NCBI RefSeq assembly: GCF_018977255.1
Contig: NW_024704743.1
Location: 19,222,001-19,286,000, forward strand
Origin: Callorhinchus milii
Taxonomy: Eukaryota
DNA length: 64,000 bases
Reading direction: 5' to 3'
This document shows, in pieces, positions 1 to 14,364 of this stretch. The first letter of the stretch is position 1. Each line of letters opens with the position of its first letter. Below the pieces are notes generated by a model. It was given only the letters and a program-made list of their open reading frames with translations, was not told the DNA's origin and did not search any database. The position numbers and the translations under genes are program-made.

Positions 1-270
1 CCCTTTCCTCCTTCAAGGCCGGTCTCAAAACCTTTCTCTTTGACCGTGCCTTCAGCTCCCCTCTCGACTCTCTTCCTCCTCCTCGCTCCCTCCCTTCCCT
101 CCCCTCACCCTGACCATTTCCCCCCTCCTCTCTCCCTCCCTTCCCTCCCCTCACCCTGACCATTTCCCCCCTGCTCGGGTCATGACCCAACTGTGCAGCG
201 CCTTGGGACGTCCTCCTGACGTGAAAGGCGCTCTATAAATGGAATCTTGTTGTTGTTGTTGTTGTTGTTG
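1..270 (+). mobile_element. 3' end of an L2-clade LINE with (TTG)n tail
   Basis: C-terminal FKAGLKTFLFDRAF motif, pyrimidine-rich UTR, gcgccttgggacgtcctcctgacgtgaaaggcgc tail, (ttg)n. Confidence 0.8.
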
Positions 271-3200
271 TATTCCACAGGGCCATTGCAGGGTTTTACC
301 CAAGTTTTAGTTGTATTATATAGTGAGCCTATGCAAATCGAACCACATGTAGATTTTGATTTTCACATTAACCTGCATTTTCTGCCCTTGTGTTAATTTT
401 CACACCTACTGCATGTTTTGCCTCCAATGGTTTTAAGGCAGAGGTGTCAAGGGACATGTTGAAAGGGTGGGGATATGGTATTATGTTGCATTTCAGCCGG
501 GAACTTGCTGGATAGGCTGAATGGTGTGCCCCGGTCCCTATCGTTTTTGCTCTCAAGACCATGAGAAACTTGGGTCTCAGAAATCTCAAGGTTGGCCTGA
601 AATCTCTAACTAGAATGTAAAATATTTTTTTATTTTCATGATTTTATAAAGCTTACACAATAAACCTTAATAGAAATCACGCAATCCAGAATTGTAAGTT
701 GCATTATATTGATCACGTTCTGTTATTAAGTTGAGTGATATAAATTGGCTTCATACCACTTACCTGAATGTAGAAAAGGAGACATTTAAATAAGCGTTTT
801 CTTTTTAAAACTGAGGTAAGTTTGATCGTTGTCACTGCTGTAAATGCATCATCGGCAAGCATTGCCTTTCAATCATTTCAATAAATCTTGAAGGCTGTCA
901 CTTAAAGGTAGACAAAACAACAAGTTTATAAGGTGATGTTTGCTGACAATCTGCACTATCTCTTTCTCTTTGCTGTGTTATTTCCAATTTGTTTCGAATG
1001 CTGTGAACATAAAGTATTTATGACTTTGTTTTAACATTTAAATCTCTTTCTATAAATGATAAATGTGGAGAGGCGCGGTAATATTTGCCATTCAATCGTG
1101 AAAAACTTGGGAAAGTCAATGAGAAAAGGCCATTTGGCTCAGTGAAACACATGCACTTACTTTAACTAAATGCTATTCAAATTTTTTTTAATGTCCTAAT
1201 TGTTTTTGAAATCATGGCAGCTTTTAATATATTTCTTTGTATTGTTCCTCTCCGATCTTCTCCCTCCTCTGTACTTAAGGTGTTCGCCTGTTTTTTTTTC
1301 CTTCTTCCACTAGGGAACAGATACCCTCACCCAAATGGCTTGATGTAAACATTAGTGTTACAATGGAGGATTCACAACCAAGCTCAATTCTGTCCTCACC
1401 CAACAGCGACACATGCTCACCCTGTTATATTCACATCGCTGATGAGCGTTCAAGAGCTGCCTTGCTTCCCTTCTGAGCCTAGAGAAGCTAAGGCCAATTG
1501 CTTTTGTCAATTGCTGCCCCAGGGCACCTAGTCAATGCCTTCATCCAGGAGACCATTGAGAAGCTTCTTTGCTTCCTTCATATTTTCTTCTTTCCTTATT
1601 CCTTTATTCAATGAATTAATTTATGATTTAATTAATTTAAACGACTGTTGTGGGACATTGTTGTGCGCGATTGGCTGCTGTGTTTTGCCCACAAAATATA
1701 CAGTCAATTCACTTTACAGTATATTATGTGAAGCGCTTTGAGACGTCTTGAAGACGTGATAAGGCACTATATCAAATGCAAGGATTATTATTATTCCTTT
1801 CTTTCTTCTCCCCACTGTCTCCCTGCCACCCCCCCTCCCCCCCACCCTCTATTATTCCTTCCTTTCATAGCTTTGACCCTGCCTCCTTCGCATCCCTCTC
1901 TTCTCTCATCACCCTTATGAAACGCATCACCTGCCCCCTCAACCCCATTTCAACACTGTTTCTATCCACCCAGTGCCCAATCCTCGTTCCCCCGCTAACT
2001 GAGATCATCAACTCTCCACTGGCACAGTTAACATTCAACCCTTCAAAAGTCTGTCACCATTCCCCTCCTGGACCCATTCATGCCCGCCACCTACTGCTCC
2101 ATTTCCGCCCTGCCATACTCTCTGGGATGCTGAAATGAGCCATCGCTTTCCTGCTTGACTCCTTCCTCTCCCACCACTCACTACATATAGACTCAGATGA
2201 CACCCAACTCTCCACATCCACCCTCAAATCCAGGACTCCTGCTGTTCTGACCGATTGCCCATCAGACGTTAAGTTTTAGATGAGTTCTGAAGTTTTATAG
2301 CTCAATGTTGACAAGGCTGAGCCCATCCAGCTTCTCGCCATCGGTGGCCAAGCCTCCAGCCTCTGTCACACCATCTGGTTGTCCGTCCATCTCGCCCCTC
2401 TCTCTTCACCTTTAAAACTATCCTAAAATCTTTCTTTTCGGCCACACTTTTGGTTACCAATCTCTCCCCGTCTTTCTCAGCTCCAACTTGAGCTCCCAGT
2501 TTTCTGTGTGAAGCACTTTGAGACGTCTTCACAACGTGAGAGACACAATATCAATTGAAATTATTGTTTTTGCTTGTTTTTCCTTCCTTTTTTCTTTCTT
2601 TTTTTTAACTTCCTTCTTTGCCTCCTTCCTCTGCCTAATGCCTTAACAATCTGATACCCACACTCAAGCTACACATTGATTTTCTGAACCTGTCTCTCTC
2701 TCACTGACCCCTCAACACTAAACTAAATCCTAAGATTACTCAGCTTGCTGGATCCTGAAGGTGGGGCTCCAGTATTTCAGATTTACTCAGTTGCATAACT
2801 CAGAAATATTCCTTCAGATCCTTCTAGTAATTTTTTTTTTAACGGAGGGAACATTTTTAGAATGTCTGAAAAACAAATACTCGGACATCATAGGAGAAAT
2901 CTGGAGAAAGGTAAACCATTTGCTTTTTATTAGTTACTCATTCCCCTAGGTTAAGGTCGCCTTGTTCCCATAACAACCATCATCTGTATTTAAAATGTGA
3001 CAAGCTACATACATAGAATCATACAATTATACAGCACAGAAGGAGGCCATTCCGCCCATCGAGTCTGTGCTGGCTCTTTGAAAAGAGCTATCCAAATCAA
3101 TCCCACTCCCCCATTATAGAATCATAGAATTATAGATTTATAGCACATTTATTTTAAAGTTCAATAACTAGGTACAGGTTATCAAAGTCTAATTTAGAAA

Positions 3201-6200
3201 TTAGTTTTGATAAGATAACTGCTGATTTCACGTTTACAACTATTGTAATTGGGACAATTGCAAAATGGTTGATTATGATTTCCAAAACTCACTGCTGGTT
3301 TCTTTGTTTTTACACTGTTTTTTTCTTGAAAGAACGATAAGAGTTGGAGGCATAGAGGTCAGAAATTAATAGGAATTAAACATAATAATGTAAGAAGAAG
3401 AATTCTTGCATTTGTTATAGTGCCTTATCATGTCTTAAAGGCATCTCGAAGAGCTTCACAGAATATACCTTAAAGTGAATTGAATGGGCGAAACACATCA
3501 GCCGATTGTGTACAGCAGTGTCCCACAAACAGTCATTGAGTGACTAAATTATTATTTTTTTGGAGGAATTATTAACCCCAGAAAAGCAATCCGCTGATCG
3601 AATAATCACCGAGTTCCTACTTACTGCTAGGTAAACAGAAGCGTGTGGACTAAGGAAACTTGCCCAACATTTTGCCCTGCCAGGAATCAAACCCAGGTGG
3701 AGGGGGCAGGGGGAGGGGCAAAGGGGGACCTGATACATTCAAAGAGGTAGGTTTTGAGGTGAGATTTAAAGATATAAAGATAGAGATAAGGTGAGATAGG
3801 AAGGGAGTTAGAGGAAGGGAGTTACAGAAGTTTAGGGGCCTAAATTATGACAATTTCCTTCCAAATCAGCGCCTTTGGACCTCCTCCTGACGTGAAGGGT
3901 GCTCTACAAATGTAATTTGTAATAATTTGTGAATGTGGACATGGATGTTGCTTCTTTCCAATGAATCAATTTATTAGATAACCAGCAAGTAGCTCTTAAA
4001 TATACTGTAAGAAATAATTGATAGTATCCTGGCTACACAATTAAATCAAATCTGCCTTTTCATACCACATTAGCATGAAAAACCATCTTAAAAATGATTA
4101 TTGTCAATTGTAACTTTGTTTGCAGACAAATATTTGTACCAGCAAGGTTCTGAATAACAAATGACTGGTTTTATAGAGAGGTTTGTTGGCCAGCGCATTG
4201 GAAAAAAAATCTTTGGCTTTTCGAATAGTTTCAGGATATCTTTAATGTCCACCTGGTCAGGTGTCCTCCATGGTGCAGCCCTCTATGGAGAGAGTGTGAA
4301 TCAATTTCAGGCATGGAGGAAGTTCCATGTGTTAGGTGGCATACATATGTGGAACTCTCAGTCTGGTTTGCATACACTAAGCATGGTGATGGGTTTCCGC
4401 ACATATCAAATACAAACTAACTGACCAGGTAATACAATTATTCGTAATAATAATTCTTGCTAAAATACCTTAACATTGTCAAAATGTCTAGAAACACTTC
4501 ACATGAATTACTTTGAAGTGTAGTGACTGTATATGAGTAAGGGAACGTAGAATAGGAGAAGGCAGCCAATTTTCACACAACAATGTCGACAAATAGCCAT
4601 GAAGTGAGTGATCAATTTTATCTAGATTGTTGCCCTGAACTCTGGGAGAAACTCTCATTTTTTCAAATAGTGCCATGGAAACTTTAACATCCACCTGTAC
4701 AGGCAGATGGGATCTCAATGTGAATGTTCATCTGAAGGACAGCATCTCGGACACTGTAACACCCCCCAGCACTACATTGGATTATCGGCCTAGACTATCA
4801 CCTCACTGGAGTGTCAGCGCGGACTAATGAATGATATCTGCTAAATTACAGTTCAAACAATGATTCACAGGACTTGCTGATATCACAATTTTAAGCAAGA
4901 AGACTGGATGGGCTCCTGAATTCAATCCAAGCAACATGGGAAAGTTGTTACATCTGACTGATGGACCCACAAAGGAAGAGAATAAAGGATACAAGATTAA
5001 GTGTCTGTTCATATGAGGCACCTGGTGATCTGTGGTGTGCAGCTTTTGCATTGGATTTCCATGGAATCAGTTTAACATTTCTCAAGGTGTGTATCTTGGG
5101 TATGCTGATACCATAATAGCCAGAGGCGAGTTCTTACTCAGAGCAAGCTTTGAACATTTGTAGTTGGCTTTAACTCATTGTCGAAGAGTGACATGTCTAT
5201 CAATCTCTCAGTCGTAATGCTGTCAAAATGTTGTCCCAATTATGAATGCTCTCTCTGGTAATGTCTCCAGTAAATCTCAAAGCGAGACAGGCCCTCTTCA
5301 AAAAACACATTGAGATTCAGCCTTTGCTGTGGACGTGTTATATTCCATCTGAATGGAATGTGGACCAACTCTTTTGAATGTTGAAAACTTTCTGTTAAAA
5401 ATTTAGGACTTCCAGGCAGATTATTTTAGATATAGAAGTTTCATAACATCTTTCTATCTTCTTATGGAGCTCAGAGACGTGACATGGAATTTATGCATTG
5501 GAAATGGCGAACAACTCAATTAATAAAAATAATAAGCCTTGGATTTGATATCGCACTTTATCACATTGTCTCAAAGTGCTTCACAGGATATACTGTAAAG
5601 TAAAGTATAATGTAAAGTGGATATGTGAGTGAAATGCAGCAACCAGTTGAGCACAGCAACGTCCAACAAAATCCATGGAGTTATTTGATTGTTTTAAAAG
5701 TCTCTGCGTTCAAACTTGATATGATTGGATGCTTTGCATTGCAATCTGTTTTCCTGCACGTGAAAGATTAAAATGATGCTGATGCTTATAATCTCTAGGA
5801 ACCTCAGACTTTTCCACATTTAGTTATCAATGAAACCTCTCCAGCATGATGTTTCCTATTGAGATGCTTAATACACGTGAAATGTAACCTTTAATCCTCA
5901 GCACGTGAGTCGTGCTACAATAAAATCCATTTTCCCAACTTTCAAACTCTTTTTCTCTTGCATGCCTCTTGATTTTTATAATCTTTGTAAAGTGCTTTGA
6001 AACATTATCTTGAAATGTGCTATATATAAGAGCAAGGTGTTGTTGAGCATACAAAAGACACAGAACAAGAAACACTATTTGAGCAATAAAGCCTGGACAA
6101 TAATAATAAACCTTACATTTTCTGTAGTTCCTTTCAGGTCAGGAAGACATGCCAAAACACTTTACAGAATATATCGTAAAAAGTAGTGATTGTGTATTTT

Positions 6201-8002
6201 GTGGGTGAATGTGACAGCCAATTTGTGCACAGTAATGTCCCACAAATAGCCATGAAGTAAATGACCAATTGTATTTGGGGGATTGTTGGCCTGGATAATA
6301 TACAATCTACACAAACTGTAGATTGGATATTTATTTCTCCTGCTGAGAAAAATTACTGCAACATTTCTACTTAACCCCAAAAGCTGTACACAACTCCACT
6401 GTAACCATTCACATTTATTTCTCCAGTATTGAAGCCTGGCATTTCGATTGATCAAACAGCATAGTAGCTGCCTTGTACCCTGGAGTGTTTGCTATCACTC
6501 TGCCTACTTGTCATGCAACCATCAATCCTGCTCCAGTTGGATTAAACTTTGTTCTTCTGCCATTTAGAAAATTCCCTTAATTGATGTTTGGATGCTCGAA
6601 ATTCCACCTAGTCTTACAATAATAATGACAAGTATCATTGCGTTTGATATAGTGCCATATCACATTGTTTAGATGTCTCAAAGAACTTCACAGGATATAC
6701 TGTAAAATACTCTTTGACACTACCCTGTGTGGAGGGCACCATATAAGTGCAAGTTGTTGTTCTTGTAAAGTGAATTGACTATATATCTTATGGGCAATTG
6801 TGCACAGCAATGTCCCACAAATTTTTTTTGAAGAGATTATTATATCCGGAGAGTGATCTGCCAATTGACTAACAAACCAAATTCCTACTTACTGCTGGGC
6901 ATTTTTTTCTTGGCTAGCCAGTTGTCTGACATATGCAGAAACCCATCACCGAGTTTAAGAGTATCCAAACCAAGCTGAGAATTCCACGAATCCCACCTAC
7001 ACATGGAATTTCCAAAGATAGATTGTTGAAATGGAATGCGCACTCTCTCCCTGGAGGGACACATCCTGCTTATCTAATACTGCTGGAGTCTAACCAGCTG
7101 AACTGCATAGCTTGACATTGACATTGATGTGGTGTAAAGAAATTTACCTAAGGTTTTTGCCTTGTTTTTGTTTGGTCTCATCTTGAAATGGAAAATTCTT
7201 AAAAGCCAGTCTTAAATTTAAAGCCGGTCTTCTGATGAACTGTGGAAATGTATCTTCCAAATTCAGACAGAATTCTAGCATCTTCCACAGTTCTGCACAA
7301 TGTTAAATTTTAAGACGAAATGGTCGTAAAGGCTAAGTCAAGAAGAAATTTCGGTCATCGGATGGAGCAGAAAGAAGGGGCTGAGGTGATGAGGCTGAGG
7401 AAGTTGGAACCAGGAAGGGCTGAGGGAGTTGCAAAATCCTTGCATTTGATGTAGTGCCTTATCATGCCATAGAGATGCATCAAAGCACTTCACAGAATAT
7501 ACTGTAAAGTAGATTGACTGTGTGTTTTGTGGCGAAAGCCGAAATTAATTCCAACAGGAAAGACTCAAGATCTGACAGCAAAAGAAACAGTCAAACTTCT
7601 ATAAGACTTTGTGCCTAGATATAATATTGATTTTATTGTTATCACCAACGTTAGTGCTTCTATTAGAGACGTTGAAGAAACAAGCTATATTCCAGCCCTC
7701 ATGTGATTGCTCTAGAGCAGCAGGGTAAAGTCAAAATAAGTTAACACTTTTTGGATGTTACGCTGAAGGGCCATTAAGATTCATCATGCAGTATATCAAT
7801 TTTCTCTTCCAGAAGAAATCATAAAATTGGTGCTGGTGGAGCTCCCAGCATGGAAATAGTTCTAACAAGTTATGATACAGTGCGATACAGTTTTAATTGC
7901 GTGCATTAAAAACCGAGAAAACAAACAGAGGAGGACATTAAAGAATCTCGGAGAACATCATGGAAGAATGTGAAGTTTCCTGCTGCAGCACATCTGGTGA
8001 TT

Positions 8003-9820
8003 AACAACAACAAACAACCAATTACATTTGTTATAGCACCTTTCACATTGGGAGCCCCAAGCCACTGGTCAGTCAGGGATTTGGACCCGAGCTGGTGGTT
8101 GGGATCAGGTGGAGGGCAGAGAGGATAGGAGTAGGAGGGTGACCGAAGGCACGGTCAAAGAGGAGGGTGTTGAGACGTGCCTTGAAGGAGGCAAGAGAGG
8201 TAGCGAGGCGAATGGACTGTGCAATGGAGTTCTAAAGAGTGAGAGCAGTGGGGCTGAAAGCCCGACCTCCGATGGTGGGCTGGGCTGGGCAGGGGACGTG
8301 GAGCAGGCCGGATCCTGCTGAGTAGAGGGAGCGGACAGATTGATATGGCACTAGCAGGTCACAGAGGTAGGAAGGAGCAAGGGCGTGGAGGCTTTTGAAA
8401 GCGTGGACAAGGATTTTGAATATCCTCTGGGGGGTGGGGAATCAGTGGAGCCGGGCGAGGGTGGGTGTGATAATGTCACAGAGCCTGGTGCGGGAGAGCA
8501 CGTGAGATGTAGAGTTATGAATCATCTGCAGCTTGTGAGCGAAGAGTTGGTAAGGCTGACAAGCAGGCAGTTAGCATAGTCAAGCCTGGATGTAATAATT
8601 GCACGGATGAGGGTTTCGGGGGTCTGAGGGGAAAGGTAATGGCACAGCCGGGCAATGTTGCGGAGGTGGGGGAAGGCAGAGCGACTCATGGCACACATGT
8701 GGGATAGAAAGGACAGTTGAGGGTCAAACAAGACATCAAGGTTCTGGACTGGCTCAGTGAGGTGGAGCATCCTTGGATGGTGATGCTGCCAGTGCCTGAG
8801 GTTGTGGAGGCGCTGACAAGAGCTAATCAGGAGAGCCTGGTTCTTGTTGGCATTTAACTGTAGAAAGTTAGCTCTCATCCAGAAAGACATTCTGTCAGAA
8901 CCACAGAGGTGATGGAGTCGAGAATGGAGGCAGAGAGATACAGTTGGGTGTCATCTGTATTGGAATTTTGTAGCTCATTGGTTAGAGCACTCGCCTTGCA
9001 AGCAACACACCTGGGTTCAATTCCAGGCAGGGCAAAACTCCACACACCTAATAATAATCTCTCCAAAAAACAAAAACAGTAATAAATTGGTCATTTTCAA
9101 TCTACGACTGTTTGTGGGATACTGCTGCGTGCAATTGGCTGTCAGATTTCGACCACAAATATCCAGTCAATTTACTTTAAAGCGTATTCTGTGAAGCGCT
9201 TCGAGACGTCTAGAAGGCGTGAAAAGCGCTATATCAAATGCAAGGATTATTATTATTATTATTATTATTATACATGTGTAAGTTGACCCCATGTCTGTGG
9301 ATGATGTCATCAGAGGGAGCATATACATGTTGAAGAGGGAAGGACCAAGGACAGTGCCTTGAAGAACACCGTATAAGATGGTGCGGAGGTTGGAGGAGAA
9401 GCCGTTTGTGGAGACAAAGTGGAGACGGTGTGAAAGGTAGGATCTGATCCATTTAACGAAAGAACCATGAAGGTTGAGGTGAGAGGAGGGTGAATGGTGA
9501 GAGGTGAGAGATCAAGGAGGATGAGGAGGCAGAGCTAGCCCAGTCACAGATGGACAAAATGTCATTTGTTGCTTTGACCAGGGCTGTTTCTGTGCTGTGG
9601 GCAGCACTGAAGCCCGATTTGAGGGATTCATGAAGGGAGTGGCTGGAGAGGCAGGAGCGAAGCTGGGAAGCAACGACTCATTCCAGGATATTGGAAAGGA
9701 AAGGGAGGTTGGAGATTGGGCAGTAATTGGAGAGCAGGGATGGATCGAGGGAAGGTTTTTTGAGGGTTGGGGTGATGACGGTTGTTTTCAAGGGGGTAGG
9801 AATGGTGTCAGTGGAAAATG
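8003..9820 (-). mobile_element. 5'-truncated L2-clade LINE (RT and C-terminal region) split by a SINE at 8961-9270
   Basis: Minus-strand translations [36 protein letters not shown]; (caa)n tail near 8003. Confidence 0.85.
8961..9270 (+). mobile_element. tRNA-derived SINE with (ATT)n tail, nested in the L2
   Basis: tRNA-like head tagctcattggttagagcac...ggttcaattcc; tail aaatgcaaggattattatt. Confidence 0.85.
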
Positions 9821-10904
9821 ATGACTGAGTTTTGTATTGTACAATAATGCAACATAAAGCAACAAAAACAACAACAACTTGCAGTTATATCACATCCTTC
9901 ATGTAGGGCAGTGTCTGGGAACACTTAACAGTGGCAGAGCCTGACACCAAGCCAGGGGAAGGAAGGATGGTTGAAGAGGAAGGTCTTCAGTTATGATCTA
10001 AAGGAGGGGGCAAGGCAGAGGGATTGGGGGAGAGAGTTCCAAAGATTCCGGGTGTAGTGGCTGAAAGCACGGCCTCCGATAGTTGAGAGGAGGGGAGGAG
10101 GGACAGGCAGATTACATTTTAAAGCACCAATAACAGACTGACATTGTAAACCAAAGCCACTTTGTACTTTTTGGATCACGGCTAACCACGTTGTAATTGA
10201 TGACAAATTATTTTATTACTGTGTGAATAGGGTTTGTTTTTCCTTCATAACAAATATTATTTGGCTACACTGTTAACGTTAAAATAAAGATTATCCTGTT
10301 ACATCGAGGGGATGTCTCAAAGCGCTTTACAGGATTTATGCACAGAAATGTCCCAAGAAATAGTGCTATGTTGTCTTCAAGCCCACCTGAAGAAGTTGAC
10401 CGAACTTCAGTTTAATCCCTCATCTGAAGGAAGGCACCCTCTAACAATGCAGAAATGCAGCCCTTCCCCAGCACCGCATTGGAGTGTCAGTTCAAATTAT
10501 GTGAAATCAAAGTCCCAATGCGGGCCATGAACCCACAACCTTCTGACTCAGAGGCGGGAGTGCTAAATGAGCCAGCCTGCCACCTGACCCACAAAAAAAA
10601 GAGGAAGAAAATTTATGTAAGCATAATCCACGGAACTTGAACTAACATCATAAAAAGCTTACAAAGAAGCACAGCAGACTGATCAGTATCGGTGCTGCTA
10701 TCAAAATATTCGTCTGTTTGTTTTCTTTATTGCAAACAAAAGGAAAATAATGACAACCCATTTCTGATCCACTGAGACACAGCAGGCCAATACAATTCAA
10801 ATCAACATAGATAAAGCCCTAAGAAAGTTATACAATTCTTTCAGTAGTTGATTTCTGTATAGGAGGCACATTAAATCCTTGAAAGTAGTTGCAATGTCTT
10901 CTCC

Positions 10905-11470
10905 ATCACAGCTTGCTTGTCAGATATCAAAGCCTGGGTGAGTGCTAACTTCCTGCAATTAAATGTTGACTCCTTGGCTCCTGTCAACATCTTCTCTCCT
11001 GCAGTTCTGACATCCTCAACCTCCCCGGCCTTTCCCTAAGACTTAGCGAACTGTGCATAACCTCGGCGTCAGGTTTGATCCCCAGCTGTCCTTCCTAGCC
11101 TATATCCGGATCTATCCGGACCCTGATCAGGACCGCTTTCCTCCATCTCTGTCACATTGTCCACCACTGACTGTACCTCGCACCAATGTAGCCAAGACCC
11201 TCGTCAATGCTTTCGTCACCTCCGGCCTTGATTATTCCATTGCCTTCCTCGCTGGTCTCCCTAGCTCCATTATCCACAAAGGCCAATTAATTTAAAACTC
11301 CGATGCACGAATACTCACCTGCACTAAACTCCACATCCCCATTACACCCAATCCTCGCCAGGCTCCACGGGCTCCCTACCACCGAACGGATCAACTTCAA
11401 GATCCTCACACCCGTCTACCATCCCTCCATGGCCCGGTTCTTTCCTGCTTCTCCCGCCTGCTTACTCTCC
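10905..11470 (+). mobile_element. L2 LINE fragment
   Basis: [37 protein letters not shown] motifs with frameshifts. Confidence 0.8.
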
Positions 11471-11929
11471 TCTCCACCACCCACCGTCTTTGCTTTAATT
11501 CAAATTAATTATTTACTGTTAATTTGGCTTAATTTACTTTTATGTAGTTCCTTGTTGAAACCCTTTTATACACGTAAAAGTGGCATAAATATGTGGAAAT
11601 CAGTCTGCTCAGTCATTCCTAAGCATGTATCGGACACCAGGCTGACCAAATAAAATCTCCATATTTGATCCCTGCTAATTTTTGGTTCATTTATTCCACG
11701 TGGCTCTCGCTATTTTGTTACTACAAATGCTTTCCCCCCTGCCCCTCACCTTTTTTTAAAAGTTGCGTTTATTTTCTTATTCTTGAATTTTCAATATGGA
11801 GTAAATGTTATCAGGAGTCAAATTTTCTGAACCCTTGATGATTTTAAACACCTCTAGTAAGTCCTTTCAAGTGAGTGCTTGGAAGCTGATCCTTCCTTGT
11901 ATTGCTATACCACAAAGCTCTGCCTCTGA

Positions 11930-12248
11930 CTTAGCTCAGTGGTTAGAGCACTCGCTTTGCAAACGAGAGACCTGAGTTCAATTCCAGGCAGGGCGAAACC
12001 TTGGGCAAGTTTCCTTACTCCACACGCCTAATAATAATCCCTCCAAAACAAAAAACAATAATAAATTGGTCATTTTCAATCTACGACTGTTTGTGGGACA
12101 TTGCTGTGCGCAATTGGCTGCCGCGTTCGCTCACAAATATACAGTCAATTCACTTTACAGTGTGTTCTGTGAAGTGCTTTGGGACGTCCTCCCGACGTGA
12201 AAAGCGCTATATCAAATGCAAGGATTATTATTATTATATTATTATTAA
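11930..12248 (+). mobile_element. tRNA(Ala)-derived SINE, near full length
   Basis: A/B-box-like head, body nearly identical to the copy at 30373-30701, (att)n tail. Confidence 0.85.
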
Positions 12249-12289
12249 TCCTCCACTGCAGGTCCTCTTACACCTAATTAGGTATCTTA

Positions 12290-12395
12290 AACAAAAATAG
12301 AAGTCGCTGGGAACACTCAGCAGGTCAGGCAGCATCTATGGAGAAACGAAAGTGAGTCAACGTTTCCACGACCCTTCATCAGAACTGCGTTTCTT
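12290..12395. repeat. Short interspersed repeat fragment resembling Penelope-like element termini of cartilaginous fishes
   Basis: gctgggaacactcagcaggtcaggcagcatctatggag...aacgtttc...cccttcatcagaactg, recognised from memory. Confidence 0.45.
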
Positions 12396-13519
12396 AGTGG
12401 GGAGTGTGGACAGGTTCACAGGATGTGCCCATTTTTTTGGGGGGGACACTCCCTTTAAACAATTGGGAAACGCCCGTGTCCACTACATCCACGTGCGTGC
12501 CCGCACACCCCCTGATAAGACACACTTGCCTCTTTCGGATGGTGCCCAGATGTGCACAGTTCGCATACATGTTGACCCAAACACACACCCGGAAACCTCG
12601 CAAACCCATACACTTACATTGTATACCCAACCAGTCCCACCCCTGTCACCCTTTATCTACAGGGAGCAGAAACATAACATTTACATTGCACAACTTTGCT
12701 CCCTTTGTTGGATGGTGTGGAATAAACCACAATGTGTTTAGGAAGCAAATGCTAGCGCGCAATACACCTCACACATGCAGTTCAGTGACTCTGGACTGAA
12801 CCTACCAGTCAGGTTGGGGTCCTCTTGCTTTGCCAAAAGCAGCCAAACAATTTCATCCTTTGAGTGGCCCGTGAAGGGGGTGGAAGTGAGTGAGCTGACA
12901 TGGTTTAAAAGTTAATCTTATTTGGATTTGTTCACATTCATCAGGATGGTATTTGCCTATCAGGAACAGACACGCTGCAATCAAAACAAAGCTAAGAAAA
13001 TAGATCCTTCTTTCAAAGAAAGAATTAATGGCGGGTAGCGCATTGGAAACAGTTTGTATCCATTCTGCATTCCCTGCACCTCGCCCGATCCAACCCCCAA
13101 ATTTGAAGACGTACGTCTTCAACCATGTTTTCAACCATCTCTCCCTTCCCCCACCCCCCCTAAGTTCCGCTCTCCCTCAGCTTGTGTACCCAGTCAGCTG
13201 TGCAAAGCGCTTTGAGATGTCCTACAAATTAGAACGGTGCTCTATAAATGTAAATTGCTGTTGTTCTAGCAACTTGTATCACATCAAACATCTCAAAGAG
13301 AATTATGGGTGATTATTGTCTGGTGTGGAGGTTAAATTTTGTGTAGGTAAACACTGTAATTATAATAAACACTGTAGCCACTAACGCTGTCAAAGTCCAC
13401 AAACAGCCCTGAGATAAGTGACCAATTTATCTGGGGGAGGGTTGGTTAGTCCATTGGCAGAAATTTCCTTCTGGTTTTGAAAAGTGTCATGAGAACAACC
13501 ACTTGAAGAACAGGCAGAT

Positions 13520-14140
13520 TTTTTTTGAAAACTTATATTTATTTATAAATATAATATAATATTTGGTACAACAGAAATCCCAAACAAGCGCAAACATACA
13601 ACATCTTCTGTTACAATTTTGTTTCCCCCTTTCTCCCAATACAAAAAAAAATTCCATTGTTTACGGTACACACAGGTTGTGTACGTGTTTTTTGGGATGT
13701 TCTCTTTAAAGAGTCGGGAGTCGCCCCTGTGCGCACTGCATCCATGTGTGCACCTGTACACACCCTGATAGGTGTGCCTGCCACTTATGGAAGGCGCCTC
13801 CGATGTGCATGGTAGGCGCACATGTTTATCGTACGTACATTTTCGGGACGCTCTGTTTACATCTCGAGCGTTTATTTCGGTCAGTTTTGGGTGCGCTCGT
13901 GGGCTCCAGGTGGGTGCGCCCTGAGTGGGTTGTGCAGCAGTGGCTCCTGCCGGGGTCAGGCCCCATCTGGCCTTTGCCGCGGTTGAGCCGAACTTCAGCT
14001 TGTCCCTCAGTGCATAGTCCCTGATCCCAGTGTGCGCGAATCTGAGGCAGGCCCTCACCGTCCCCTCGTCCTGCCAGAAGAACACCTGGTTTCGGGAGCC
14101 AAAGGGCCTCCTTTACCGAGTTTATGATCCTCCGGGCAGT
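13520..14140 (-). mobile_element. 3' fragment of an L1/Tx1-type non-LTR retrotransposon
   Basis: Minus ORF ...ACLRFAHTGIRDYALRDKLKFGSTAAKARWG resembles the C-terminus of Tx1-like ORF2; followed by a 3' UTR and an A/T-rich tail near 13520-13560. Confidence 0.6.
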
Positions 14141-14364
14141 TTATTGTCTCATCTGAAGGACATCACGTCTGACAATGCAGCTCTGTTATAACTGGTGGAT
14201 CAGGCACCTGCACACTTGAAATCGAGCTTTTAACCCGTCAAAATATTTCTGAGTCAGCAGCCGTTCACTAATAAAGTCTGTGCATGGATATTGTATGAAA
14301 CAAATATTACAACCTAATCTTACATCTCCAGCTGAGGCTTGTTGCATATTGCTTTAATGACTTC

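Noticed and set aside
7790..7860. F-box-like peptide SLPEEIIKLVLVELPAWK
   Set aside because: Immediately followed by stop codons, with no supporting exon structure or further motifs; likely chance.
368..14300. Many 60-180 aa ORFs upstream of the gene
   Set aside because: They are SINE/LINE translations or compositionally random. I found no spliceable exon chain or recognisable host protein domain.
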